Below, piece by piece: positions 25,149 to 40,470 of a stretch of 64,000 nucleotides of DNA. Every line of letters starts with the position of its first letter. Positions within the stretch are counted from its first letter, which is position 1. The stretch is taken from NCBI RefSeq assembly GCF_009914755.1, contig NC_060928.1. The stretch is one strand, 5' to 3'. Both the position numbers and the translations under genes were made by a program. The notes beneath the pieces are model-generated. The model was given only the letters and a program-made list of their open reading frames with translations. It ran no database searches and was not told the DNA's origin. The DNA comes from the human T2T-CHM13v2.0 reference genome, Homo sapiens.

Positions 25149-27324
25149 CCATTAATAATACTGGATGTAAGTATTTCAAATAGCAATTTCTAATTATTTT
25201 GGTAATTTCTCATCAGCTATGGGGAGATTCTTGTTGATTTCAAATTATATATCTACAGAATGGTTCATGGTTCATTCTAGGAGCAGAAGTGTCAACTCCA
25301 CATTGCTTCCTTTGCTTTCAGTGTACTACTATATGTTTACCTTACATATGTCTAGTTAAGCATGTGTCATCTAATATTAACTAACAAAGTTTGGATATGG
25401 ACCTCTGTCAACTATTCTGTGCTGGAAATCCCATTTTTTTTGAGAATCCTAGAGCATACTACATAGAGTTAAAGTCAGTGTGTTAAGCACTAATTTTCCA
25501 AGTTAAATTTATTTCTTATTTAAAATAATATAACAATAATTTAAAATTCTAATACTTTATTCTCATGCTGGTCCACTATGAGCATCTTCAAGAATTCTCC
25601 AAATAAAATCAAAGTGTGTATAATTGGCTCCACACCTTCAGCTGTTCTCTAAGTTCATTGTAATGTGTGGTAAAACAAGGTCACATATTCTGCAAGGTTA
25701 TTCTATTAAGATGAAGGAATATTTTTCCCCGTGGGATATTTCAGCTCTCCTAGCACTGGGCTTGACACCTGCACTAACCAAAAGGGGTTTACTAATCCAT
25801 CTGGCCATTTTTTTTGAATCCAGGGGAGTAGGGATGACAATTCTGGATTACTTTATATTTATGAATTTATATTTTTCATAAAACATAGAAACATGAAAAT
25901 CAAACTCCAGTTATTCCCAAGAGATATCTTAATTGCCTTAAGAAAATTTGTGAGTAAATTATTAAAATAATAATTTCCAATTACAAAGAGGTATATTATT
26001 CTCATCCATGTTGCTTTATAAGTCATTATTAGAAAAATTATATTTATTTTTTCTAATGTAAGTTGTACATATTTTAAATAGTATCATATTGTAATATCTT
26101 AACCATTAGTGATCTAAATAAAAATGGTCTTATTCTATTACTTTATGTTTTGGCCAGTGGGTGTCATTGGTAAATTTAATGAAAAAAGGAAAAACTGAAA
26201 ATTTAAAAGAGTAGGAAAAATATAAGAAATCAAATTTTGACAATATTACTTTTTGACAAGGCTTTTTATTACATGTGTCATCAATTGACAGATGAGTAGG
26301 TAAACTGATTGGATAATGAATAAATAGATAAATAGATATTGTTTTAAATGCTAGATACATATACTCTAGTCACTCAAGGTAATAAAATATGTTGCTTTAT
26401 TGAAAAAAAAGTCCCATTTTCATCACTGTTACCAAGGCAAAATCAATTACATAATGTGGTAGTTAGATTGATGTTGCTACCATATAATTTCCAATTCTTT
26501 CTCAGTTTACTTGACAGAACAACATTATTTAGTTTGTGCACTATTGTTGAAGCAGTTAAAAGGAAACACTTTTCAGCAATGTTATCAAATATATACTTTG
26601 TTTTTCCTTTTGAAGCTTGATTATTTGGCATTGATATTTTGTCTGAAACATAGTGGGTGATTAGTAATTAAATGTTGACTAAATGGATTATCCCATTGAT
26701 ATATGAACATACAGTAATATTATTCTTATTTAAAACAAAACAATTTTCTCCCCATGGATGGAACATTTGTTCATTAATAGCTGGCAGGCTATTAATTTAA
26801 CTATATATTTTAAAAATTCAAAAGCTTTATGAGGTCAAGTTGCAGGTCAATTTTTATTTCTTGCTGTATGCTCAATCGTTTAATAACAAACACAATGTCT
26901 GGTAAAGAGCACCCATCAGTATATATTTACCGAATTAACAATTGCTTAACCTCAAATAGTAATTGATTTCTTTATGGCAAATTATTCACTCATATCTAGC
27001 CTACTTTTCCTGTGAATTTGACCAGAGTTTTAAGCTTCTCAAGTGCTTTTCTTTTCCAGTAGTTTATTATGCTCAGATTACTTCACGTGATACCTAATTA
27101 TAAAGAACAACATATTGTTCTTTAGAATTAAAGAAAAAGTAACATCAAGAGTGTTCTATCCAGTAGACATCATAGATACAGAGCTAGTACTTACACATTT
27201 CCAAGGACCTGTACAAAGATTTAATAACTGAAAGCAAACTACTGACTCCAAAACCTGAAAGTAAAACTATATGAAAAACCCAAACTTGTACTTTAAATAC
27301 ATGTATTTGTAAAGCTTTAAAATT

Positions 27325-27972
27325 CCAAGTCATCTCTCTCCTAACCTATAACAATAGCCTACTATTCTCACTCCAACCTGGAATATCCTCTGTATATACA
27401 GAAGCCAAAATTGTGTTCTCAAAGTGTCGTGTCTTACCCATCACTCCTCTGCTTAAAACTTCTTCCTGTACTGTAATATATCTAAAATGGAAAATGGTCC
27501 TTACCATGAGGCTACATAATGTGATTCCTGACAACTTTTCTGACCTTGTTTTATACAGTTTTCATTCACTTCCCCCTCTGCAAATACACTTGGGTGTCAT
27601 ATTTGATTCTGAAGTCTTTTACAAATATTGTTAGTTTTTCCTGGGGTTCTCTATTCTGAGACCTTTATCTGGGCTGCCTCTACTCATGATTTAAGTTTCA
27701 AGTCAAAATTTACTTCCTTTGAGAGGATTTTTCTCACTAGTCAGTGAGATTATCCCCTGATCCCTCATGTAGTCATTCTTTAGCTCATTATACTTAGTAA
27801 TTTTATTTACAGCCTTTAGCAATACATGATATATGTATTTACGGGTGATTTTCAGTCCCCTTTACATAGAAATTTAAGCCCCATGAGGGGAAAATCTTGA
27901 TCTTGTTCACAGTTACATCACCAATGGCTAGAATGGTGCCTGGAATTTAGTAGGAAATCAATAAATGTTTTT
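27325..27972 (+). mobile_element. L2 (L2a-like) 3' portion
   Basis: 'catcactcctctgcttaaaac'; terminus 'aagccccatgaggg...ttgttcacag...ctagaatggtgcctgg...tcaataaatgttt'. Confidence 0.8.
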
Positions 27973-28595
27973 ATTTCTAAAAAGCAGACAAATCAAAAAT
28001 GGATTTAAACTCTTGCATAGGATGAAAGCTGTTTCTGCTGCTGAATTTTTTTTTCAGTTTCTTTATAGCTGTCACATATCTACTCCTAAAATTCTCAAAA
28101 GGAGCACTCTTATGAACATATAATTCTTAGATTTCTTCTATGGGTATATCATGGGTAAAATTTAACTATACATTAAGTAAAATTCTTTTCAGGGCAATAT
28201 TTATTTTTGTGTGATTATATAGCTCTACATCTTATTTTATCTGACCTCATAAGAGCAGTTTCATAGTTTATTCAGGACTTGGATGAACTGGATCTCATAT
28301 ACATAAGGGAAATGGTGATTTCAGTGAGAATTGTACTCCACTGATGATGTGTCAGACATCTAGAAAATAGGGTTAAGGTTAATGTAACTTCAATCACATT
28401 TTACCAAAGTTATTTTCTTTTGTCAATCACTGAAATTCAAAATATCTTGCTATTATAACATTTTAAGATATTGAAAAGTTAAGAACCACTGTTTTCATGA
28501 GACATATTGAAGTGTTTTTTTTCAAAATTGTGAACTTTTATGTCTTTAAAATTGGATTATTGTAATGTCACCCTTAAAAATTCTTAAAGCAGACC

Positions 28596-28667
28596 TTATA
28601 TAACTTTTTTCTGTAGTCTGTACTAAGTATCTTTATATAACTTTTTCTATAGTCTGTACTAAGTATC
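28596..28667. repeat. ~36-bp tandem duplication
   Basis: ttatataactttttt ctgtagtctgtactaagtatc followed by a copy with 1 indel and 1 substitution. Confidence 0.9.
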
Positions 28668-31291
28668 ATTGTTTTCAGAATATTCTCCTTCAAGCTGTTG
28701 TGTGTGCCTTGGATGGAATAAGGGTTTATCTTCTTTCCATGTTCTACCTCTTGCAAACAGAGCAGCTGTTGTCCTGTGTAAACATGCCAAATTTAAATTT
28801 TAAATAGATGGAGGCAGCACAAGACCTACTGATTCAGAACCCTTGTTCCAGAGTCAAGAATTGTAGACCCACTTAGACTCTATATGCTGATGGCCAAAAA
28901 GAAATTGAATGAAAGTGTTCGTTGTTTAGCATAGCCATTTTCAGAGTAGGATCTTCCATGCAGAGAGTTTTAGATTGTACTTATAGTGATAGCTAATAAT
29001 AAAATTATTTTGAAATGGCAAATACTTCTCATTCAAAATGATATTGTAACGTATTTTATTTAAATAGTTTAAAGAGGAAATATTTGATGTGAAGACTTTT
29101 CAGGAAATGAAATAATGTCATCAACATTATTATGAGACAAATTACATAAAGACGTTTGAGAGTCTAACAAGTTGTAGAACAGGAGTGAGTTTTGAAAATA
29201 AGTTTGCTGAATTGATAATGTTCATGCCAAACTCAATATATGTGCAATTAAAAAGTCATAATTTTAAACCTGAGCAGGCCAATAACAAGTAAGGAAATTG
29301 AATTAGTAATAAAAAATCTCCCATCAAAGCAAAGCAGACATGATGGCTTTATTTTTAAGTTCTACCAAACATTTATGCCAGTCCTTCTCAAATGGTTCCA
29401 AAATAAAGAAAAGAAGGAAATACTTCCAAGCTCATTTTACAAGGCCAGCATTACCCTAATACTAAAGTCAGGCCGGGACACCACAAGAAAAGAAAATTAC
29501 ATGCCAATATCTCTGATAAAATAGATGCAAGTATTCTCAACAATATACTAGGTAACTGAATTCAATAGCATATCAAAAAGGATGATTCACCATGATGAAG
29601 TGGAATTTATCCATGAGATGCAAAGATGGTTCAACATACACAAATCAATAAATGTAATCTACCCCATTAACAGAATGAAGGATGAAAATCATATGATCCT
29701 TTCAACAGATGCAGAAAAAGCATTTGAAAAAAAGTCAACATCCTTTCATGATCAAAACTCTCTGCAAATTAGATATAGTGTTCCATATCTACACACACAG
29801 TGTTCCATATCTACAACACAATAAAGGCTATATGAGACCATCCCACAGTTAACATAATACTCAGTGGTGAAAAGCTGAGAGTTTTCCCTCTAAGATTAGA
29901 GAAACAAGACAAGAATGCCTACTCTTGTCACTTCTGTTCAACATAGTACTTGACATCGTAACCAGAGCAGTTATATAAGAAAAAGAAATAAAAGACATCC
30001 AAATCAGAAGCAAGTAAAATTGTCTCTTTCGGCAAAGGACATGCTCTCATACAGAGAAAATTCTAAAGATTTCACCAAAAACCTGTTGGAACTAATAAGC
30101 AAATTCAGTAGGATGCTGGATGCAAAATAAGCATACAAAGTTAGTTCTGTTTTTTAAACTTTAAATTTTAGATTTGGTGATACATATGAAGGTTTGTTTC
30201 ATAGGTAAACACGTGTCATGATAGTTTGTTATAAATATAATTTCATCACTCAGGTATTAAGCCCAGTACCCAGTAGTTATCTTTTCTGCTCCTTTCCCTA
30301 CTCCCAGCCTCCCCCATTAATAGACCCCAGTGTCTGTTGTTTTCTACTCTGTGTTTATAAGTTCTTATCATTTAGCTCCCACTTATGAGTAAGAAGATGA
30401 GGTATTTGGTTTTCTGTTCCTGCATTAGTTTGCTAAGGATAATTGTCTCCAGCTTCATCCATGTTACTGCAAAAGACAGACATAATCTCGTTCTTTTTTT
30501 TATGAAGACATAGTATTCCATGGTGTATATAGGCCACATTTTTTTAATCCGATCTGTCATTGATGGGCATTTAGGTTGATTCCATGTCTTTGGTATTGTG
30601 AATAGTGCCACAATGAACATACCCGTACATGTGTCATCATAGTAGAATGATTTATATTCCTCTGGGTATACACCCAGTAATGGGATTGCTAGGTCAAATG
30701 GCAGTTCTGCTGTTAGCTCTTTGAGGAATTACCATACTGCTTTCCACAATGGTTGAACTAATTTACACTCCCACCAACAGTGTATAAGGGTTCCTTTTCT
30801 CTGCAACCTTGTTGGAATCTGTTCTTTCTTGACTTTTTCATAATTAGCCCTTCTAACTGGTGTGAGATGGTGTCTTATTGTGGTTTTGATTTGCATTTCT
30901 CTAATCAGTGCTACTGAGCTTTTTTTTAATGTTGTTGGCCACATGTGTGCCTTCTTTAGAGAAGTGTTTGTTCATTTTCCCACTTTTTAATGCTATTGTT
31001 TCTCTCTTGTTAATTTGTTTAGGTTCCTTATCAATGCTGGATATTAGACCTTCTTCAGAAGCATAGTTTGCAAATATTTTCTCCCATTCTGTTGTCTGTT
31101 TATGCTGCTGATAGTTTTGTTTGCTGTGCAGAAGATCCCACTTGTCAATTTTTGCTTTTTTTGTGATTATTTTTGGTATGTTTATCATAAAATCCTTGCC
31201 TGTTCCTGTGTCCAGGATGGTATTGCTGTGGTTGTCTTTCAGGGTTTTTATCATCTTGGGTTTTAAATTTAAGTCTTTAATGCACCTTGAG

Positions 31292-31292
<1 letters not shown>

Positions 31293-31338
<46 letters not shown>
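31293..31338. repeat. Perfect (TG)23 microsatellite inside L1 ORF2
   Basis: Direct read. Confidence 0.97.
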
Positions 31339-31339
<1 letters not shown>

Positions 31340-34300
31340 TGTGAAGAAGGGGTCCAGCTTCAATCTTCTGCATATGGCTAGCCAGTTATCTCAGCACCAT
31401 TTATTGAATAGAGAGTCTTTTCCCCATTGCTTGGTTTTGTCAGCTTTGTTGAAGATCAGATGGTTGCCAATGTGCAGCCTTATTTCTGGGTTCTCTGTTC
31501 TGCTCCACTGGTCTATGTGTCTGGTTTTGTACCAGTACCATGCTGTTTTGTTTACTGTATCCTTGTAGTGTAGTTTGAAGTCAGGTAACATGTTGCCTCC
31601 AGCTTTGTTCTTTTTGTTCATGATTGCCTTGGCTGTTCAGGCTCTTTTATGGTTCCATATGAAATTAAAATTATTTTTTCTAGTTTTATGAAGAATATCA
31701 TTGATAGTTTGATAAGAATAGTATTGAATCTGTAAATTGATTTAGGCAGCAAAGCCATTTTAAAGATATTGATTCTTCCTATTTATGACCATGGGATTTT
31801 TTTTCCATTTGTTTGTATCTTCTCTGATTTCTGTGAGCAGTTTTTTATTATTTCATTGTAGAGATCTTTCACCTCTTTGGTTAGCTGTAGTCCTAGGTGT
31901 TTTATTCTTTTTGTGGCAATTGTGAATGGGATTGCCTTTCTGATATGGCTCTCAGTTTGGCTGTTATTGAAGTATCAAAATGCTAGTGAGGCTGTACATT
32001 GATTTTGTATCCTGCAAATTTGCTGAAGTTGTTTATCTGCTGGAGCAGCTATTGGGCTAGGGTTTTCTAGATATAGAATTATGTTATCTAAAACAGAGAT
32101 AGTTTGACTTCCTGTCTTCCCATTTGGATGCCCTTTATTCCTTTTTCTTGCCTGATTGCTCTGTGTAGGACTTCCAATACTATGTTGAATAGGAGTGGTG
32201 GGAGAAGGCATGCTTGTCTTGTGCCTGATTTCAAGGGGAATGCTTCTTGCTTTTGCCTGTCCAGTATAATGCTGGCTGTGGGACTGTCATAGATAGCTCT
32301 TATTATTTTGAGTTATGTTCCTTCAATACCTAGTTTACTGAGAGTTTTTGACATGAAGGAGTGTTGAATTTTATCAAAGGCCTTTTCTGTGTCTATTGAG
32401 ATAATCATGTGGTTTTTGTCTTTAGTTCTGTTGATGTGATGAATCACATTTATTGATTTGCATATATTGAACCAACCCTGCATTCCAGGGATGAAGCCAA
32501 CTTGTGCATGGTGGATTGGCTTTTTGATGTGCTGCTGGATTTGATTTGCAAGTATTTTGATAAGGATTTTGCATTGATGTTGATCCAGGATATTGGACTA
32601 AGTTTTCTTTCTTTGTTTTGTCTCTGCCAGGTTTTGGTATCAAGATGATGCTGGCCTCATAGAATGAGTTGGGGAGGAGCCCCTCCTCCTCAATTTTTTG
32701 GAATAGTTTCTGTAGGAATGACACTACCTCTTCTTTGAGCATCTGGTAGAATTCAGCTGTTAATCCATCAGGTCCTAGGCTTTATTTGGCTGGTAGGCTG
32801 TTTATTACTGATTCAATTTGGGAGCTTTTTATTGATCTGTTCAGGGAATCAATTTCTTCCTGACTCAGTCTTGAGAGGATGTATATGTCCAGGAATTTAT
32901 CCATCTCTTCTAGATTTTCTAGTTTGTGTGTGTAGAGGTGTTCATAATAGTTTCTGATGGTTGTTTTTATTTCTGTGGGGTCAGTTGTAACATTTTCTTT
33001 ATCATTTCTAATTGTGTTTATTTGGATCTTCTCTCTATTCTTCTTTATTAGTATAGCTAGTAACCTATCTATTTTATTAACTTTTCAAAAAACCAACTCC
33101 TGAATTCATTGATCTTTTGAATGGTTTTTCATGTCTTTGTTTCCTTCAGTTCAGCTCTGATTTTTATTATTTCTCATCTTCTGCTAGCATTGGGGTTGAT
33201 TTGTTCTTGCTTCTCTACTTCTTTCAGTTGTGAAGTTAGGTTGTTCACTGAGATCTTTCTAACTTACTTTTGCTGTGGACATTTAGTGCTATGAATTTCC
33301 CTGCCTTAGCTGTGTCCCAGAGATTCTGGTATATTGTATATTTGTTCCCATTATTTTCAAAGAACTTCTTTATATCTGCCTTAATATCATTAGTTACCCA
33401 AAAGTCATTCAGGAGCATGTTGTTTAATTTCCATGTAATCACATGGTATTGAGCAATTTTCATTGTCTTGACTTCTATTTTTATTGCACTATGATCTGAG
33501 AGTATGTTTGGTGTGATTACATTTCTTTTACATTTGTTGAGGATTGTTTTATGTTCAATTATGTGGTTGATTTTAAAGTATGTGCCATGTGGTGATGAGA
33601 AGAATGTATATTTTGTTGTTTTAAGGTGGAGAGTTATGTAAAGGTCTATCCAATCCATTTGGTCCAATGTTGAAGTCAGGTCTTGAATATGTTTATTAAA
33701 TTTTCTGCTTCAGTTATCTAATACTGTCAGTGAAGTGCTGAAGTCTCCCACTATTATTGTGTGGGAGTCTGTTTCTCTTTGTAGATCTCTAAGAACTTGC
33801 TTTATGAATCTGGGTGCTCTTGTGTTGTGTGCATATATATTTAATATAGTTAGGTCTTTTGTTGAATTGAATTCTTTGCCATTATGTAATGCCCTTTGGG
33901 TTTTTTGATCTTCGTTGGTTTGAAATTTGTTTTGTCTGAAATAAGGATTACTACCCCTGTTTTTTTTCTATTTTCCATTTTCTTTATTCCTCCATCCCTT
34001 TGAGCCTCTGACTGTTATTACATGTGAGATGGGACTCTTGAAGACAGCTACCCACTGAGTCTTGCTTTCATACACAGCTTGCCACTCTGCATTTTAAATG
34101 GGGCATTTAGCCCATTTACACTCAAGGTTAGTATTGATATGTATGGATTTCATCCTATCATTGTGATGTTAGCTGGTTATTATGTTGGCTTGTTTTTGTG
34201 GTTGCTTTACAGTGACACTGGTCTCTGTGTTTAATTGTGTTTCTGTATTAGCTAGTAGAGGTCTTTTCTTTCTATATTTAGTTCTCCTTTCAAGTCTGGT

Positions 34301-35683
34301 GGTAATGAATTCCTTCAAGATTTGCTTATCTGAAAGGGATATTATTTACCTTTCACTTAGGAAGCTTAGTTTGGCTGAGTATAAAATTTTTGGTTGAAGA
34401 TTTTCTTCTTTAAGAATGTTGAATATGAGTATCAATCTCTTCTGGCTTGTAGGGTTTTAGCTGAGAGGTTCGCTGTTAGCCTGCTGGAATTTCTTTTGTA
34501 GGTGACCTGCCCTTTCTTTCTAAGCTGCCTTTAACATTCTTGCTTTCATTGTGACCTTAGAAAATCTGATGATTATGTGTCTTGGGGGTAATCTTCTTGT
34601 GTAGAATCTTGCAGAGATTCTCTGTATTTCCTGAATTTGACTGTTGGCCTCTCTAACAAGGTTTGGATATTTTTCATGGACGATATCCTGAATTATGTTT
34701 TCCAAGTTGTTTGCTTTCTACCCTTTCCTTTCTGGGAAGCCAGTGATTCATTGATTTGGCCTCTTCATATAATCTCATACTTCTTGGAAGTTTTGTTCAT
34801 TCATTTTTATTTTTGTTTATTTTTGTCCGCTGTCTTATTTCAGAAAACCAGTCTTAAAGTTCTGAGATTCTTTCCTCAGCTTAGTTTATTCTGCTGTTAA
34901 TACTTGGGATTGCATTGTGAAATTCTTGTATGGTGTTATTCAGCTCTGTCAGACCCATTAAGTCCTTTTTATACTGGCTATTTCATCATTCAGCTCCTAT
35001 ATTCTTAGTTCTGATTCTTATTTTCCTTAGACTGGGTTTAGCCATCTCCTGAATCTTGATGATTTTTTTTTCTATCCATATTATGAATTCTATTTCTATC
35101 ATCTCAGCCAGTTCAGCCTGGTTAAAAAATCTTGTTGGAGAAATGGTGAGGTCATTTGGAGGACATGTGACACCCTGGCCATTTGAGTTACAGGAGTTCT
35201 TGCACTGGTTCTTTCTCATCTCTGCATGTGGTTGTTCCTTTAACTGCAGTGTGGATTGAGTGGAATCAACAGACTTCTTTTCTGGATGTTCTCACCAGGC
35301 CAAGGCTTTATGTAGGGCCTTTATTTGAAGCTGTCTTCTTGTCTCTGGTTTCAGAAGGTGGTACATTAGTGAGGTATTTTTGGTGTTGGATCTTTGGAGC
35401 ATGATACAGCAGTTGGCACATGGGCTTATTGTTGAGTTGGTAGACCCTTGTTTGGTTGTGTGGCTCCCTTGTGCTTCCTCACAGTTGCAGCCATGTTCCT
35501 TCTCATTGCTCTGAAAGTGTGGGTTCCTCTCCCCTTGAGTGCTGGCTGTAGATTGCAACTTGACACTCTGGGCTGCCTGGGGCAATCTCAGTGTTTTTGT
35601 TCCTGCCCCAACTTGGAGGTAGAAGAGGAAAGGATCTTAGTAGTGGTTGGAGCTGAGGATTGTTTGGTTGTCTCCTGGGGGCT

Positions 35684-37994
35684 TGTATTAGGCTGTTCTC
35701 ATGCTTGTGTGAAGAAATACCAGAGACTGAGTACTTTATTTAAAAAAGTTTAATTGATTCACAATTCCACATGGCTGGGGAGGCCTCAGGAAACTTAACA
35801 ATCATGGCAGAAAGCACCTCTTCCCAAAATGGCAGGAGAGAGAATGAGTGCCAGCAGGGTAAATGCCAGATGCTTATAAAATCATCAGATCTCATGAGAA
35901 CTCACTCACTTTCACGAGAACAGCATGGGGGTAACTGCCATATCATTCAATTATCTCCCACCAGGTCCTCCCCAAAAAACATGGGGATCATGGGAACAAC
36001 AGTTCAAGATGAGATGTTGGCTGGAACACAGCCGAACCATATCATTCTGCCCCTGGCTCCTCCCAAATCTCATGTCCTCACATTTAAAAGCATAATAATG
36101 CCTTTCTAACAGTTCCCTGCAGTCTTAGAACATTCCAGAAATTCAAGTCCAAAGTCTCATGGGAGACAAGGAAAGTCCCTTCTGTCTATTAGCCTGTAAA
36201 ATCCAAAGCAAGTTAGTTACTTCCTAGATATGATGGGGGAAAAGGCACTGGGTAAATACACCCATTCCAAATGGGAGAAATTGGCCTAAACAAAGGGACT
36301 CCAGGCCCCATACAAGTCCAAAATCCAATAGGGTAGTCATCAAACCTTAAAGCTGCAAAATGATCTCCTTTGACTCCAAGTCTCACTTCCAGGTCATGCT
36401 GATGCAAGAGGTGGGCTTCCAAGACCTTGAGCAGCTCTGCCCCTGTGGCTTTTCAGGGTCTAGCCCCAGTTCTGGTTGCTTTCATGGGTTGGCATGAGTG
36501 CCTTTGGCTTTTCCAGGTACACAGTGGAAGCTGTCAGTGGGTCTACCATTCTGGGGCCTGGAGGATGTGGCCTTCTTCTCATAGCACCACTAGGCAGTGC
36601 CCCAGTGGGGACTCTATGTGGGGGCTCTAACCCCACATTTCACTTCTGCACTGCCCTAGCAGAGGTTCTCCATGAAGGCTCCTCCCCTGCAGCAAATTTC
36701 TGCCTGGACATCCAGGTGTTTTTATACATCTTTTGAAATCTAGGTGGAGGTTCCCAAACCTCAGTTCTTGACTTCTATGTACCTGCAGGCCAAACAACAT
36801 GTGTAAGCCACCAAGGCTTGGGGCTTGCACCCTCTGAAGCCACGACCCAAGCTGTACCTTGGCCCCCTTTAGCCAAGGCTGAAGCTGAAGCAGCTGGTAT
36901 GCAGGGCACCATGTCTCAAGGCTGCATAGAACAGAGTGGCTTTGGGCCTGGCCCAGGAAACCATTTTTCCCTCCTAGGCCTTTGGGTCTGTGATGGGAGG
37001 GGCTGCCATGAAGGTCTCTGACATGCCCTGGAGACATTTTCCCCATTGTCTTGCTGATTAACATTTGGCTCCTCATTACTTATGCAAATTTCTCCAGGGG
37101 TATTGAATTTCTCCTCAGAAAATGGGTTTTTCTTTTCTATTGCATCATCAGGCTGCATATTTTCCAAACTTTTATGCTTCCTCTTGAACACTTTCCTGCT
37201 TAGAAATTCCTTCCATCAGATACTCTAAATCATCTCTCTCAAGTTCAAAGTTCCACAGATCTCTAGGGCAGGGGCAAAATTCCACCAGTCTCTTTAATAA
37301 AGTGTAGCAAGAGTGACCTTTACTCCAGTTCCCAACAAGTTTCTCATCTCCATCTGAGACCACCTCAGCCTGGACTTCATTGTCCATATCACCATCAGCA
37401 TTTTGGCCAAAGCCATTCAACAAGTCTCTAGGAAGATCCAAACTTTGCCACATTTTCTCGTCTTCTGAGCCCTCCAACTTTCTAGGACATTCCAAACTTT
37501 CTCACATTTTCCTATCTTCTTCTGAGCTCTCCAAACTGTTCCAACCTCTGCCTATTACCTAGTTCCAAAGTTGCTTCCACAATTTTTGGTATCGTTATAG
37601 CAGCACCCCACACTCTGTGGTAGCAATTTACTCTATTAGATTGTTCTCAGGCTGCTATCAAGAAATATCTGAGACTGGGTAATTTATAAAGAAAAGAGAT
37701 TTAATTGACTTACAGTTTTACATGGCTGGGGAGGCCTTGGGAAACTTACAATCATGTCAGAAGGCACCTCTTCACAGGGCAGCAGGAGTGAGAATGAATG
37801 CCAGCAGGGTAAATGCCAGACACTTATAGAACCATAAGATCTTATGAGAACTCACTATCATGAGATCAGCATGGGGGAAAACTGCCCCTGTGATTCAGTT
37901 GCCTCCCACTGGGTCCCTATGACATGTGGGGATAATGGAAACTATTATAGAATTCAAGATGGGATTTGAGTGGGGACACAGCTAAGCTATATCA
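35684..37994 (-). mobile_element. Complete THE1D-like MaLR provirus (LTR-internal-LTR)
   Basis: LTRs 35684-36044 and 37632-37994; ~1.6 kb internal region; polypurine tract GCCAGGGGCAGAA (minus strand) next to the 3' LTR; TSD gggct/ggggt (4 of 5 match). Confidence 0.93.
36213..37495 (-). pseudogene. Fragmented MaLR internal ORF
   Basis: 37172-37495 LEGSEDEKMWQSLDLPRDLLNGFGQNAD...CPCPRDLWNFELERDDL and 36916-37191 SLENMQPDDAIEKKNPFS match the recalled THE1-int ORF; frameshifted. Confidence 0.75.
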
Positions 37995-38354
37995 GGGGTC
38001 CATCCCACAGAGATGTAGGCCATCAGTTGCTCAGTGCAATCAGCCTAGGATGGAGGGTCTGTGTTGTGGGCCCAGGCCAGAGGTTCCTTGTCTGGTGATG
38101 AGCAGTGGTGGGGTGTGTATAGACTCGTGGTGTGTGACCCATGGGATATGGACTGGCCTCCTCTCCTTGGGTCTACTGCAACTTGTTGGAGGTATAGATA
38201 GACATTTAGGATCATTTCTCCTTCATTAGTTCGAGGGTGGCAAGCGCAGTTCTGCAGCAGAGGCAGTGGCAGAGAGGCTTTCAATTGCCCGTTAAGGCTC
38301 TGTTCAGGGAGTTGCCAAGTTGCTACTGGCTCGATAACTCTGGTGGGGTGACTG

Positions 38355-39520
<1,166 letters not shown>

Positions 39521-40470
39521 ACAATGCTGCCATTGGTGGCTGGCTGGAATTCTAAGTCAGTGGGTCTTATCTCGTGAGACACCAAGGAAGTAAATCCTGC
39601 AGGCTGTCACTGCTCAGCCCCCTGGATTCACCCTCTTTCCTAGTAGTATACACAGGGGTGTAACCTCCTACTTTGCTGGAAAGTCCAAGGACCTAAGGCT
39701 CCAGGGTCTCCACGCATGCCTGAGTGGCTTCTCTGCCAAGAGTCTGCATAGCTCTGTCAGATTGAAGGCCCTGGTGGAGTGCAGTGGGTTCACAAGGAGA
39801 TCTCCTGACCCAAGGATTGCAAAGATCCATAGGAGAAGTGTAGTTCCCAATTCACACATTCACTCAGCGCTTCCCAGAGTTGGGGAGGTTTCCCTGGCTT
39901 CGTGATGCTACCAGGTGGACCGTTGCCCTGCTTTGCTTTTCTTTGTTTTCCATGGATCAAGTTGTTTCCTTGATTAGTCCCAATGCAAGTACCTGGATGT
40001 TTCAGTTGAAGGTGTTGTATTTACTTGCCCCTTCCATTCCTCTTTGTGAGAACCATGCACACTAGCTGCTTCTAGTTGGCCATCTTGGGCACTCCCCACC
40101 CAGTTCTGTTTTTATACACTAACAATGAACTATTCAAAAAAGAAATTAAGAAAGCAATCCCACTTAAAATTGCATCAAAACGAATAAAATACTTTAGCAT
40201 AAATTTAACCAAGGAGGTGAAAGATCTGCACATTGAAAACCATAAAACATTGATGAGAGAAATCGAGGACATAAATAAATGGAACAATATCTATTGTTCC
40301 ATTGATTGGAATAATTAATATTTTTTAAATATTCCTACTACCCAAAGTGATCTACCAAATCTCTATCAAAATTTCAAGAGAAATTTTCACAGACATTGAA
40401 AAAAAGCAATTCAACAATTTGCAAGGAAACATATAAGGTACTGAAGAACTAAAATAATTTTGAGGAAATT

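Noticed and set aside
35943-35953. DUX4 site in the THE1 LTRs
   Set aside because: The expected TGATTCAATTA is mutated in each copy where it is visible: TCATTCAATTA here, TGATTCAGTTG at 37891-37901, TGGTTCAATTA at 25047-25057; the segment is deleted in the 58377 LTR.
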